This document shows positions 19,856 to 29,772 of a stretch of DNA of 64,000 bases, one piece after another (the stretch's first letter is position 1; each line of letters begins with the position of its first letter). This DNA is from a virus. Position numbers and translations under genes: made by a program. The notes beneath the pieces were generated by a model that did no database searches, was not told where the DNA came from, and saw only the letters and a list, made by a program, of their open reading frames with translations. The stretch covers positions 1 to 64,000 of the IMG/VR virus record IMGVR_UViG_3300031772_000001; one strand, given 5' to 3'.

Positions 19856-20196
19856 AACGCCCCGTGAATCTTAGCATAATCCTCTGGGGACAAAATCTTC
19901 TTTGCCTGATCCATTGCAACTATCATAAACTCTTCTCTGGCTCTTTTTGCACCCTCAGACAAGTGACCAAAATAATCAGAAATTGTCTCTATTGCGTCAA
20001 GAGCCTTCACCATCTTAGTATCTTTCAGGATCTCTTTTGCGAGAATCTTCAAGCTCTCGGTGTGCATATTCTGATCCGTTGCCTTCGCAATCTTTTTCAC
20101 AATAGCATCAAGATCCATGACCTTAGAACCAGACTTCACAGTCTCATCAACTACTTTCTTACTCTTTGTGTACATTTCTGCAAAAAGACCTGACAT
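19852..20196 (-). CDS. Putative head-internal protein
   Basis: MSGLFAEMYT...VVDE. Confidence 0.65.
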   Translation of the reverse strand: MSGLFAEMYTKSKKVVDETVKSGSKVMDLDAIVKKIAKATDQNMHTESLKILAKEILKDTKMVKALDAIETISDYFGHLSEGAKRAREEFMIVAMDQAKKILSPEDYAKIHGAF

Positions 20197-20221
20197 AGTT
20201 ACTCCTTTACTTATCCTTTTG

Positions 20222-20818
20222 TTATGCTATGGCAAGACCCCTTCGTGCCTGTCCATCTGCAAAAGCCTGTCGCATTTTTTCCAGTTTTCTCTTAGCATCC
20301 TCATAAGTCTTAGCCGCAAACGTAGACCTTGTTTTCTTATCTGTAAATGCAAATTCCTTTAGGTCTTCCCACCAACCATTAAACAAAACCCCAAGCCTAT
20401 CAGCTATACTCTGACCTTCTTTTTTCAAGTCATCAGGTAGCTGTTCTTCTGTGATAAAATGACAAGACTCAACTGTTGTCTTCCCGTAAGGTGCGTAAGC
20501 AGAAGACCCAACCCCTGACGCTGTAGGACTTGTACCTACAAAACCTCTCCGGTCACTCGTAGCACCTGAATAATCAAATCCAGCAACACTACCCTTCATC
20601 TGAAATCGTTTACCATCCCTGTAAGCCGATACTATCTTACCCTCTTTACCTTTTGCCGAAGACACCACATAAGTCCCATCTTGAAACTCATAAGTATACA
20701 CATCCTTAACAAATCCTGTACTTGACTCTTTTGCCTTAGCATCAGCATCCACTTTTCTCTTGAACCCTGTCAAGAAAAGTTCAGAACCAGATTCGTATAT
20801 GTCAACAAGTAAAGTCAT
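20222..20818 (-). CDS. Putative head-internal protein
   Basis: MTLLVDIYE. Confidence 0.7.
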   Translation of the reverse strand: MTLLVDIYESGSELFLTGFKRKVDADAKAKESSTGFVKDVYTYEFQDGTYVVSSAKGKEGKIVSAYRDGKRFQMKGSVAGFDYSGATSDRRGFVGTSPTASGVGSSAYAPYGKTTVESCHFITEEQLPDDLKKEGQSIADRLGVLFNGWWEDLKEFAFTDKKTRSTFAAKTYEDAKRKLEKMRQAFADGQARRGLAIA

Positions 20819-20819
20819 T

Positions 20820-21074
20820 TCAATTCTCATAAATACTAACCAAAAGACTTACAAAAGACTCGTCTTTTGGACCGTACATATTTCCATACAAAATCTTGTT
20901 GATTTCCCACCTCACAGCCTGTCCCCCCATACTACCAAGATCACCCTTGTCTGGTGCCTCCCCTTTTCTTCCTAACTTTTCCCACTGCCATCTTCGGGTT
21001 GCATAATCCTTTTTAGCAACATTTTTGATCCTACTAATGTACTTCAACATCTCTTTTTCTTTAGGCTCATGCAT
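20820..21074 (-). CDS. Putative head-internal protein (C-terminal motif)
   Basis: KDESFVSLLVSIYEN*. Confidence 0.65.
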   Translation of the reverse strand: MHEPKEKEMLKYISRIKNVAKKDYATRRWQWEKLGRKGEAPDKGDLGSMGGQAVRWEINKILYGNMYGPKDESFVSLLVSIYEN

Positions 21075-21092
21075 ACATCACCTCAACTTTTG

Positions 21093-21120
21093 AAAAGATG
21101 GGGGCACTTTCGTACCCCCC
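21093..21120 (-). terminator. Possible intrinsic terminator
   Basis: GGGGGTAC-GAAA-GTGCCCCC followed by ATCTTTT. Confidence 0.5.
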
Positions 21121-21134
21121 CACCCCCACCCAAC

Positions 21135-21338
21135 CTAATTGATCTTGACAACACTCTGCACAGCAAGAGCCGCCTGAAGTGTGTTCAAAGCACTCGAAAC
21201 ATCAGATGCCAAAGTCTGTACCCCACCAAGAGTAAGCGTGCTGATCGTAATTGACACAGCATCAACACCCACCGCTCCGGCATTCAGAATTTGAGGAACA
21301 TGTGCCTCTAAATCCTTACGCGATTCATACAAACTCAT
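21135..21338 (-). CDS. Small structural-like protein
   Basis: GGAGG RBS then MSLYES. Confidence 0.6.
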   Translation of the reverse strand: MSLYESRKDLEAHVPQILNAGAVGVDAVSITISTLTLGGVQTLASDVSSALNTLQAALAVQSVVKIN

Positions 21339-21378
21339 AACTACCTCCAAATTTGAAATTATTCCAGACACGAGAACA

Positions 21379-21771
21379 CTAAGAGGCAGGTATCTCTCCC
21401 CACTCTTTTGACTTCATCAAAGCATCCATAACAGAACGGGCCTTCTGGGAAAGTTCCGGGTTTTGCCTGGAATTCCAGCGTTCTATGTTGGAGATCGCTC
21501 TTGTCATTGCCGGTTTACCCTTTTTCTTTGCTATCTTGATAAAATGAGAAACAAGGTCTTTAACCGGCCACTCAGACCAAGAGTTTGCTGGCAACTTCGT
21601 GATACCCGGAAACTTCGCCTTCACCATAACCTTTTCAGAAAGAGTTAGCTCCTCAGAGACTTCAAACTGACCCCAAGCATCAACGAAGTCGTTAGCCGCT
21701 TCAAGAAGTTTCTTGATATAGCCTGACCCACAAGACTCTATCGCCTTTGATCTTTTTGAAAAATTCACCAT
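21379..21771 (-). CDS. Hypothetical head-region protein
   Basis: ORF with xxE sites (AIES, LLEA, TLSE). Confidence 0.6.
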   Translation of the reverse strand: MVNFSKRSKAIESCGSGYIKKLLEAANDFVDAWGQFEVSEELTLSEKVMVKAKFPGITKLPANSWSEWPVKDLVSHFIKIAKKKGKPAMTRAISNIERWNSRQNPELSQKARSVMDALMKSKEWGEIPAS

Positions 21772-21787
21772 AACTATTCTCTCCAAC

Positions 21788-21839
21788 TTGAAAAAAGGCT
21801 GTCAAGGAATATTCCCAAACCCTGACAGCCTTTTCCAAG
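21788..21839. terminator. Intrinsic terminator (possibly bidirectional)
   Basis: AAAAGGCTGTCA...TGACAGCCTTTT inverted repeat. Confidence 0.7.
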
Positions 21840-21858
21840 CACCCACCCCTTGTATCAC

Positions 21859-22392
21859 TTACTCGTCACCCTCATCATCGCCCTCATCATCACCCTCATC
21901 ATCTTCCGCTTCAGCATCAGAAGTCCACTCAACGTACTTATCCATCATCTCCACAAGAGCCTCTTCCGCTTCCTCTGTAGACTCCACAGTCACACCCTCG
22001 TCAACGTCATCACCATTGTTTGCATCAACGGCATAGACATCCATCGCACCATCATACGCCTCAATGATGATAGACACGTCTTCAGATTCATCAGAAGAAA
22101 GAACAAGAAAAGGCTCATCACTGTCATCACGGTCTGACACTGACCAGCCACTTTCCTTCGCCAAAGACTCAACAGTATCAAACCAAGCAGTCACGTCATC
22201 AGTCTCAAGCTGCTCACAAGCAGATGCAGTATCGCCCGATCCATCACCAGAATCATCACCAGAGTCATCACCACTTCCGGGGTCATCACCAGAAGGGTCT
22301 TCTACACCCTTCTTCTTTTTTCCTTTTGCTTCATCGAGGACAGCAACACCGCCTTGCTTTATGTCCTCATATATATCAATAAATACTGACAT
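21859..22392 (-). CDS. Highly acidic head-region protein
   Basis: MSVFIDIYE; Asp/Glu-rich tracts. Confidence 0.7.
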   Translation of the reverse strand: MSVFIDIYEDIKQGGVAVLDEAKGKKKKGVEDPSGDDPGSGDDSGDDSGDGSGDTASACEQLETDDVTAWFDTVESLAKESGWSVSDRDDSDEPFLVLSSDESEDVSIIIEAYDGAMDVYAVDANNGDDVDEGVTVESTEEAEEALVEMMDKYVEWTSDAEAEDDEGDDEGDDEGDE

Positions 22393-22417
22393 AGTGCCTC
22401 CAAGATACAGGTACGAG

Positions 22418-22576
22418 TTACTTTGTGGTACTCACTTTGTCTGCTCCTGATTTAGCGTGCAAAGAGACAGAAGCAGAAGGAGACTTCTTTTCTCCCATAA
22501 TCCACGAATCTTCGTCTGACTTGGGATTACCCTTCCGGCTTGCAATAATCTTTGCACGTTTTGTTAAAAAACTCAC
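22418..22576 (-). CDS. 52-aa hypothetical protein below the ORF-track cutoff
   Basis: AGGGAG RBS, GTG start, (M)SFLTKRAKIIASRKG...STTK*. Confidence 0.5.
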   Translation of the reverse strand: MSFLTKRAKIIASRKGNPKSDEDSWIMGEKKSPSASVSLHAKSGADKVSTTK

Positions 22577-22593
22577 GCAATCTCCCTACAAGC

Positions 22594-22637
22594 AAAAAAG
22601 GGAAGGCTTGGGCTTATTAAAACCCAAAACCTTCCCT
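22594..22637 (-). terminator. Intrinsic terminator
   Basis: AGGGAAGGTTTTGGG...CCCAAGCCTTCCCTTTTTT. Confidence 0.7.
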
Positions 22638-22646
22638 AATACCCGA

Positions 22647-23297
22647 CTACTGCTTGTCTTCAGTACCCTCAGTACCCTCGTCACCTTCACCCTCAAGGTC
22701 TTCCGAAACCTCATCAAGATACTCACAATACGAATCAAGGTACTCCTGATCCCGTTCGTCAATCTTACCCTCATGTGCTATCACAGACTCAACAACCTGC
22801 ATCACAGGAGCAATGTCGTTGAGAACAATCGAATACAGTTCGTCATTCTCAAGACCCTCTGCCACACACTCATTCAGATGTGTCATCAGAGATTCCTTAA
22901 TCTCCTCATAACTCTCGTCTGTGAGCTTCGGATTCTTCTCATCAGAGAGAACCGTCTCAAGAACTGCACGAACATTATCAATAGCACTCTCACCATACCG
23001 ACGCTTACGGGTCTTCAGAGCACGCTTCGCACGAAGACGAAGTTTCGACTTCGGAGTACGCCGCATTGCCTTCTTCATAGCACGGGCAAGAGCACGACTC
23101 TTGTACACACCATGCGAACGACGACGAGCCGCAAGACGACGCTTCCGACGCTCCGACGCAGTAGGCTTACGCGAAGCCTCATCAAGCCCATCACTACCCT
23201 CAAGAACAGGTTCCGGGGCAGCAGGAGCAGCAGGCTTTGACCCTCGACCCGCCATGATCGACTCAAGGATCGCCGCTTCGGTAGACTTTCCACTCAT
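22647..23297 (-). CDS. Prohead core protein-like (T4 gp68-like basic tract plus acidic domain)
   Basis: ERRKRRLAARRR...RLRAKRALKTRKRR basic tract flanked by xxE sites; lies downstream of the portal gene. Confidence 0.55.
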   Translation of the reverse strand: MSGKSTEAAILESIMAGRGSKPAAPAAPEPVLEGSDGLDEASRKPTASERRKRRLAARRRSHGVYKSRALARAMKKAMRRTPKSKLRLRAKRALKTRKRRYGESAIDNVRAVLETVLSDEKNPKLTDESYEEIKESLMTHLNECVAEGLENDELYSIVLNDIAPVMQVVESVIAHEGKIDERDQEYLDSYCEYLDEVSEDLEGEGDEGTEGTEDKQ

Positions 23298-23329
23298 AAC
23301 AGTACCCTCCATGTAAAAAGTTTTGAAAA

Positions 23330-26275
23330 TTACTTTCGATCTTCAGGAGACAAGAACACACCCTTCAAGAAATTCACAGCACTTACCTTCTTTCCTTCAA
23401 AAAGATTACCCATCTTCTCATAGGTTAGTGACCTGAAAACATTGAGAGACGGAACCCTTCTGAGGTCATTCTCTTTGACCACCCTACTGAGGCAGGAACT
23501 AAAAGCAAGAACCGCTTTGTTGAAGTCCATATTTTCCGGCAAAAGTTTTCGGATATTTCTATGCAAATCAGTCCGCTTCAAAACCTCCGCTCGAAGATTA
23601 CCCAAGATTTCCTCAGACAAAACCTTCTTTGCCACACCCTCATAATACTCTGGTGTTGCCTTCTCATAAGCATCAATTGGTGTCAAACTTCGATCATACA
23701 TCTCAGTCATAAAAGCAGAAATCTCTTCGTGATCCTTATGAGACAGGGACAAATTCTTTGCCCTCATCACATTCAAAGCAGAATAGAACTCGGGGTAAAT
23801 TTCAACAAACCGATCATACAAACCCTCACAAACCTTGCTGTCTGTCAACTTATCAAACTCAACAAGCAACGGGCTTATAGCACAAAGAGTAGCATCATCA
23901 AGTTTTGAAAACTCCTGCAAAGCATCTGTATCAACCTCTAAGTTTTCTGAATACTTTTTGATGTTTGCTACAATCACACCTTTATCTGCATCCCCAAACT
24001 TATACACAAGAACATTCTCTACAATAGCAGGAATATTAGAGTTTCCTAACAAAGAATCCGCTATCTCTATACCCCTAAACTCAACACCAAAACGCTTACA
24101 AGATTCAGTCAGCTTCTCAATTCGCTTCTCTTGATTATCCTCGTTTATATGGGAGTTGTTCAAAAGATGAAAAACTTCCACAATTGCGGAATCATAAGAC
24201 AAGCTCTCTTCCACTTCCAAAGCAGAGAAACCGCATCGGCCACACTTACCACCAAACCCTTCACAAGCACACCTTGGGCAAATCATACTCTTTACCCCCA
24301 CCCCAGAGGAAAGAACCTGCTCAAGATCGTACCCACAATCCGTACAGTGCTTTGGATAACGCCCACGATACTTCGGAATCAACATCCCGCACGAAGGACA
24401 CTGGCCCTTGTACTTGATCTTGTCAAAAGCAGTCTGCATCCCCGGAGTCATGCCTTGCTCATTTGTCTGCTCATCCGTCTGCTCCCCAAATCTCTTAGCA
24501 ACCTTTTCTATTGCATTCAACATCCTCTCTTCTTTCTTTGCACACTCAGCACAGAAAAGACCAAACGCCTTATTAGAAAGTTCACCTTCTTTACCACACC
24601 TCGCACATTTACCTGTTTTCTTAGAAGATCCTTCTTCTATCTGCTCCCAATTCATATTATTTGCGAGATACTGAGCATGAAGATCATTTACTACCTTCAT
24701 ATCCTTAATACCAAACTGTTGTGAAAACTGAGTAAGAGTCTTACCAGTATCTTTCAAGTCAGAATGATCCTTAAACCAATCAAACATCTTTCGTGTGATA
24801 TTCACACCAGACTCATTTACCTGCTCATTCTGGTCAATAACACTGCCTTTCTTATGAAAAGGAGGATACGTCACCAGAGCATCACCTTCTTTGTTGACCA
24901 TGTAATAACCAGCCAACGTACTATCTTTTACCCTACTCTCATATCCCATCTTCTTAGCAAGTGCATCAAACTCTTTCAAAGTAATATCTGAGGCAATTAC
25001 CTTCGCTTTTCCAGTATCAGTTGTTTCCTTGTTTACCAAAGCAACTGACACTTTAAGAGTTACTTCTACTACCTGCTCATCAAACTTTTTATCCATCGGT
25101 ATAGCTGCATCAGTCCTTACCCCGGAAGGGGGCTTTTCTCTTTTCGATATAAACCAACTATCTCTGTCCTTCCCCTGCCACGCAATAACACCCTTTGGCA
25201 ATTTACCAGCATACGATTTTACAGCCTTGTATGTCACCAAATATGTCCCACCATCCATGATATTCTTTATCATCTTCTCTAAATCATCTGTATCCTCAAT
25301 TATTACATCCTCTTTTATCTCTGACATCTTCTTTACATTCGTAGCCCAATCAGGCAACTCACCTCTCACCAAATACCAAGTCTTATCCCCGTTCTTTTCT
25401 TGAAACGCATGAGTATCTTGGGGAACCTTACCAATAAACTGTTTCAGGTCTTTCTCACTTCCGATCTTAACAATAGCACTCTCTAAAGACACCAAAATAC
25501 CTTGCAAGTCTGTACTAGCTACCCGCTCTACCACTACCTGCTCACTAACTCCCTCTTTCTTAGTCTGTGATTTAAGCACGTCTTTCAAAAAATCTATAGC
25601 CTTAACAGCATACCCATCAAATATCTTTCTTGTTCCTTTGAAAAGAGCTACCTTTCCAACCTTATCAATATTGCTTCTCTCAAGAGTAGCCTTGAAAGCT
25701 GTATTGTACTCAGTAATGTACTTATCAAGCTCTTCCTCGTCTACCTTACTCTCACCCACCACAGAAGCCTCCGGCTGTACCAAGTGCTCCCCACACTCAG
25801 GACAAAACTTAGGATACCTGCCTGGGTAAGTAGGAACCACAAACCCGCAACTGTCACACTTCTTCCAAACATTACCCTTAGAAACACTTCCGTAAACAGC
25901 CTTTCCCATACCCGGAGTCATCTGCTCATTCAATTTATCCAAAACAACACTGGCAACAGTACAGATTGTTGCTGCTTCCTTTGTTGTAATTACTGATTCC
26001 ATGTACTTACGAAAAAGAGAATCAAGAAATATTCCCAAATCAGAAATTCCTGATATGGAATCCTTATCTACACCCTTGACTTTTTTCATTAAGTCAAGTA
26101 TACTCTTAGAAACTTCTTTTGCTTGGGATTTTACATCGGAAGGGAAGTCAACAACAAAATCTCCAAGAGCCTTCAGGAACTCGGCTCCCTTTTCGAGATC
26201 AGAAATTGACTTCACATACTGCGAAGGAACCGACTTAGAAACGGCATCTTCAAATGCATTCTGTTGACCTAACAT
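23330..26275 (-). CDS. Large modular head-region protein with several zinc ribbons
   Basis: Duplicated MTPGM...CxxCG...YxGRYPKxCxxCG module; many xxE linkers; start taken at MLGQQ. Confidence 0.7.
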   Translation of the reverse strand: MLGQQNAFEDAVSKSVPSQYVKSISDLEKGAEFLKALGDFVVDFPSDVKSQAKEVSKSILDLMKKVKGVDKDSISGISDLGIFLDSLFRKYMESVITTKEAATICTVASVVLDKLNEQMTPGMGKAVYGSVSKGNVWKKCDSCGFVVPTYPGRYPKFCPECGEHLVQPEASVVGESKVDEEELDKYITEYNTAFKATLERSNIDKVGKVALFKGTRKIFDGYAVKAIDFLKDVLKSQTKKEGVSEQVVVERVASTDLQGILVSLESAIVKIGSEKDLKQFIGKVPQDTHAFQEKNGDKTWYLVRGELPDWATNVKKMSEIKEDVIIEDTDDLEKMIKNIMDGGTYLVTYKAVKSYAGKLPKGVIAWQGKDRDSWFISKREKPPSGVRTDAAIPMDKKFDEQVVEVTLKVSVALVNKETTDTGKAKVIASDITLKEFDALAKKMGYESRVKDSTLAGYYMVNKEGDALVTYPPFHKKGSVIDQNEQVNESGVNITRKMFDWFKDHSDLKDTGKTLTQFSQQFGIKDMKVVNDLHAQYLANNMNWEQIEEGSSKKTGKCARCGKEGELSNKAFGLFCAECAKKEERMLNAIEKVAKRFGEQTDEQTNEQGMTPGMQTAFDKIKYKGQCPSCGMLIPKYRGRYPKHCTDCGYDLEQVLSSGVGVKSMICPRCACEGFGGKCGRCGFSALEVEESLSYDSAIVEVFHLLNNSHINEDNQEKRIEKLTESCKRFGVEFRGIEIADSLLGNSNIPAIVENVLVYKFGDADKGVIVANIKKYSENLEVDTDALQEFSKLDDATLCAISPLLVEFDKLTDSKVCEGLYDRFVEIYPEFYSALNVMRAKNLSLSHKDHEEISAFMTEMYDRSLTPIDAYEKATPEYYEGVAKKVLSEEILGNLRAEVLKRTDLHRNIRKLLPENMDFNKAVLAFSSCLSRVVKENDLRRVPSLNVFRSLTYEKMGNLFEGKKVSAVNFLKGVFLSPEDRK

Positions 26276-29200
26276 GGAGTAATTTTGCCCTTTCCTGTAT
26301 TGCAGGAACTCGAAGGTCACTGTGAGAAGGTTTATTGACCCTCTCTTTAATCCAAAACCCAGAACCCACTAAATTTCGGATTTTTTCGGCTCTTACTTTG
26401 GTAGTACCGCTACCGTTGGAGCCATCACCTTCTTCTTGAAGTATATCAAGTTCTGACTCAACACCCTCTTCTTCACCTTCACCCTCCTCGCCACTCCCAC
26501 CTTTTCCTCCACCCTTACCCTCCTCATCCCCTTCATCATCGCCGCTTGGCTTTCCCTTCCTTCTTGGAACCGGAACAGAACCACGAGAACCAAGAGCATC
26601 AGACTTCGAGGAAGAAGACTTATTTCCTAACAACTTATCAATATCAAGATCGGGAAATGCAAATATCTGCTTGAATATGTACTCAACATACATCTTCTTG
26701 TTGATAATTCCTTCCATCTCCCCAGACAAACCAAGCATAGACGTAGCAATACCAATCTTTCTTTCCGTGTACTCCAAACGAGAATCTTCCTCTGCCGAAG
26801 AAATTGGAACCATCCCAATAGACAAATCTTCAACACTTATATCCTGACTGTACTTGTAAGACAGGTGAATTTGAAATAGCCGATACATCCCCTCAATAAG
26901 TGCCCTCTGCACCTTCTTGACCATACGAGCATATCGAATATCCAAACGAGTAAGAGTCTGTGAACCAGAAAACCCCGGTATACTTTCAGAATTGTGAACA
27001 AACACACCACAAGAGAGAGAGAAGTTGTGGTTGTCACTTTCAACAGTTAAATCATAAGCATCTTCAACAACATCAAGATATTCTACATTTACAACTCTAT
27101 GATTGTAACAATTTGCTGCCATCTTCCTTTCAGAAATCATCTTACTATTTGCTTTAGCTCGACAAACCCTCTGGCATCTAACACAGCAAAACCTTGGTGT
27201 CTGTAAGTATGAAGAAATGTCGTTGTAAGGAACCTTCTTCATAAACATCTTCCCACACTCATCACAACAAATCTCAAACTCCTGTGGGTGATAATCACCC
27301 CACCTACCCTGAACCATCTTACCCTTCCAAGAAGCAAACTCAGGACTATCAGGGGAAATAGTCTTCATATAATTAAAGGATTTTCTTCTCCCCTCCTGAA
27401 TAGCCTTAATTATTCCCTGCCTTGCTTTCTCTCTATACTCAGGATTAGCCATCGGGTTATTCTCACCCTTCTGGTAATCCCTGTTAATACCCATCAAAGA
27501 CTTTGATACTTTTGCACCAAACCCATCCGGCTTCTTTCTCCCTTTTCCCAAAACAGACATTCTTTTGGAATACTCAAGCCTCTCCTCTGAAGACATAGCC
27601 TCCCGTCTCTTCCTTGCTGAAACACTTCCCAAAGACCTGCCCATATCTAAAACACTTGCCATCTCTGGATGATACTTAACAAAATGCTCTCGCCTATTCT
27701 CACAAATTGCCAGATTTAAGGCATCATTATTACTCTTGACTTTATCTCTATGATGAACAACTTGCTCAGAAGATAGAACCTTCCCACCATTCAACAAATC
27801 TTCTGCAACAAGACGGTGTACCCGAACATAATGCCGATCCTTATTATCAATAATTCCATAATATCCCTTCTCTGCCCCAGACAACTCAAAGTAATATAGA
27901 GGCATTAAAGATTCCCCAGAGACAAGTTTCTCTGCCTCTTTGTAAGACCCATCTCTTAACATACACCTATGGTCAGGGGTAACGTCAAAATATTCTCCGT
28001 TATCAAGATGCACCCTAACATACTTCGCATTAAGTCGCGTCTTGTTAATATCAGAGATATTCGTGGCGTGAACCCTGCCATCCTTATCACTTGTAAAAAT
28101 TGTCTTGCCCCTGAAATATTCCTTATTCTCAAACATCTCCCTAATAGTAGGTGTAGTTCCATCACATAACCGAATACCAGTGTTTCCTCTCAAACACATT
28201 CCTAAAAATGCGCCGGGGATGCGGATAGCTGCAAGTAGCTTATCCCGAATATACTCAATATCAACTATGTCTTTTATGTTTACATCACCACCAACCGTCT
28301 CAACTCGCATATCCCCTTTTGTACCTGTATAGGGAATAAAAACCTCGTCATTATACTGCAAAGGATTGTACTTCATACGATAGAAATTCACAGGAATATC
28401 TATTGCCTTCTTCTGCATAAATTTCTGCTCAAGATCCTGAATCAAATCCCTACGCTCATCCTTTGTCATACCCTCAGTATTTACATAAAACACACGTATA
28501 AGGGGAGATCGGGCAAGACGAGCAAGAGCAAGAGAGACTTCAAGCAAATTCAGGATACGATAAATCAATCTTGCGTTCTGCAAAATTGACGTACCATACA
28601 TCGAAGTAAGAATCTTTTCAACTAACTTACGCTCACCCTTCGGAACATCCCCACGTCTATTTGCATCAATCATCCTACGGGAAGGAGATTTCTGAGGATC
28701 ACCGCTATCAACATCCCAAGTTGACTTATCAAAAGGTTTTGTATCCTTTGTCTTATCTCCATACTCAGCAGGCTCATCCTCGGCCTCCCCTGTCTTATCC
28801 TCCCCCTCCACAGACTTTTGCATTTCATCTTCCCACATCTTGACCTTTACAGACTCAAAATTGGGTTTGAAGTTGTTGATGAAATGCACATACCCTGAAG
28901 AGTCCATTATCTCTTCCTTACGGGCAGAAATATCCTTCTTGATAAAACAAGCAAGTTTTCCGTCTATGTCAATACGATAAACACTTTTTGGATGTTCCGA
29001 CTCACGAATATTAGTGATCCCTTCACCCTTCTTAGGGTAAACCCTTAACATGAAATCACCATACTTCGCAATATTATAGGTCCACCCCCAAACCTTATTC
29101 TCAAAATCAATTGTTGAAAGAAACTCTTGAAGTTCGTGGCCGTACTTATGCTTTCCACCAATCCATAAAGTACCATTCATTTCATGGGAGTATTGTGTAG

Positions 29201-29483
29201 CATCATCAACAACTAACTCCAAAGCAGATGAAATAATTGGATCTTCTTCCATCTGATCATAATCAGAATACCGAGATTCACGATCTTTTTCCAGTTTCGT
29301 AGCAGCAGAAAACAACTCCCAAACACGACCCTCATTCATCAAAACTTTTACAGTATTCGTTGCCTTATCATCAACAACATACACCTCATTTGACTGACCA
29401 TTTTTTGCATCAGCCTGAAGAGCCTCAAGAACAATATTCTCGTTGACTCTTAACCCACCCTTTTCAAACAGACGAACAGACAT
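26250..29483 (-). CDS. Portal protein (T4 gp20-like) containing an intein
   Basis: YDQMEEDPIISSALELVVDDA; KYGDF; LARLARSPLIRVFYV; DIEYIRDKLLAAIRIP; LTRLDIRYARMVKKVQ. Confidence 0.9.
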   Translation of the reverse strand: MSVRLFEKGGLRVNENIVLEALQADAKNGQSNEVYVVDDKATNTVKVLMNEGRVWELFSAATKLEKDRESRYSDYDQMEEDPIISSALELVVDDATQYSHEMNGTLWIGGKHKYGHELQEFLSTIDFENKVWGWTYNIAKYGDFMLRVYPKKGEGITNIRESEHPKSVYRIDIDGKLACFIKKDISARKEEIMDSSGYVHFINNFKPNFESVKVKMWEDEMQKSVEGEDKTGEAEDEPAEYGDKTKDTKPFDKSTWDVDSGDPQKSPSRRMIDANRRGDVPKGERKLVEKILTSMYGTSILQNARLIYRILNLLEVSLALARLARSPLIRVFYVNTEGMTKDERRDLIQDLEQKFMQKKAIDIPVNFYRMKYNPLQYNDEVFIPYTGTKGDMRVETVGGDVNIKDIVDIEYIRDKLLAAIRIPGAFLGMCLRGNTGIRLCDGTTPTIREMFENKEYFRGKTIFTSDKDGRVHATNISDINKTRLNAKYVRVHLDNGEYFDVTPDHRCMLRDGSYKEAEKLVSGESLMPLYYFELSGAEKGYYGIIDNKDRHYVRVHRLVAEDLLNGGKVLSSEQVVHHRDKVKSNNDALNLAICENRREHFVKYHPEMASVLDMGRSLGSVSARKRREAMSSEERLEYSKRMSVLGKGRKKPDGFGAKVSKSLMGINRDYQKGENNPMANPEYREKARQGIIKAIQEGRRKSFNYMKTISPDSPEFASWKGKMVQGRWGDYHPQEFEICCDECGKMFMKKVPYNDISSYLQTPRFCCVRCQRVCRAKANSKMISERKMAANCYNHRVVNVEYLDVVEDAYDLTVESDNHNFSLSCGVFVHNSESIPGFSGSQTLTRLDIRYARMVKKVQRALIEGMYRLFQIHLSYKYSQDISVEDLSIGMVPISSAEEDSRLEYTERKIGIATSMLGLSGEMEGIINKKMYVEYIFKQIFAFPDLDIDKLLGNKSSSSKSDALGSRGSVPVPRRKGKPSGDDEGDEEGKGGGKGGSGEEGEGEEEGVESELDILQEEGDGSNGSGTTKVRAEKIRNLVGSGFWIKERVNKPSHSDLRVPAIQERAKLLHVRSTECI
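26991..28196 (-). mobile_element. Intein (402 aa) with HNH homing endonuclease in the portal gene
   Basis: GM|CLRGNT...TPDHRCML...VHHRDKVKSNNDALNL...GVFVHN|S. Confidence 0.9.
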
Positions 29484-29528
29484 AGAATTCCCTTTTTGTT
29501 AATTAACACTTACAAGAGACAACCACTG

Positions 29529-29762
29529 TCACAGAGGACTAAGATTCACACTCAACTGAGTATCAAGATAATTCAACAGCTTTAACATGTTATCCTTATT
29601 TGAAAACACAAAAGTATTCGCTATACCACTAACACTAACGATCTTTAGACTAAGCCCGTCCAAGACCTTGTAATCATCAATCCCGTCTATGTCAAATCTG
29701 ACTCCTGCTGTAATATCTTGAGCACTTTGATTATCTGTAACAATCCTTACATAACGTGACAT
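29529..29762 (-). CDS. Hypothetical protein
   Basis: AGGAG RBS; lies between the terminase and portal genes. Confidence 0.6.
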   Translation of the reverse strand: MSRYVRIVTDNQSAQDITAGVRFDIDGIDDYKVLDGLSLKIVSVSGIANTFVFSNKDNMLKLLNYLDTQLSVNLSPL

Positions 29763-29772
29763 AAAAACTCCT

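Noticed and set aside
22425-23316. Long plus-strand ORFs 22425-23240 and 22921-23316
   Set aside because: Antisense to the prohead-core-like gene; the first also spans its terminator. No recognisable motifs.
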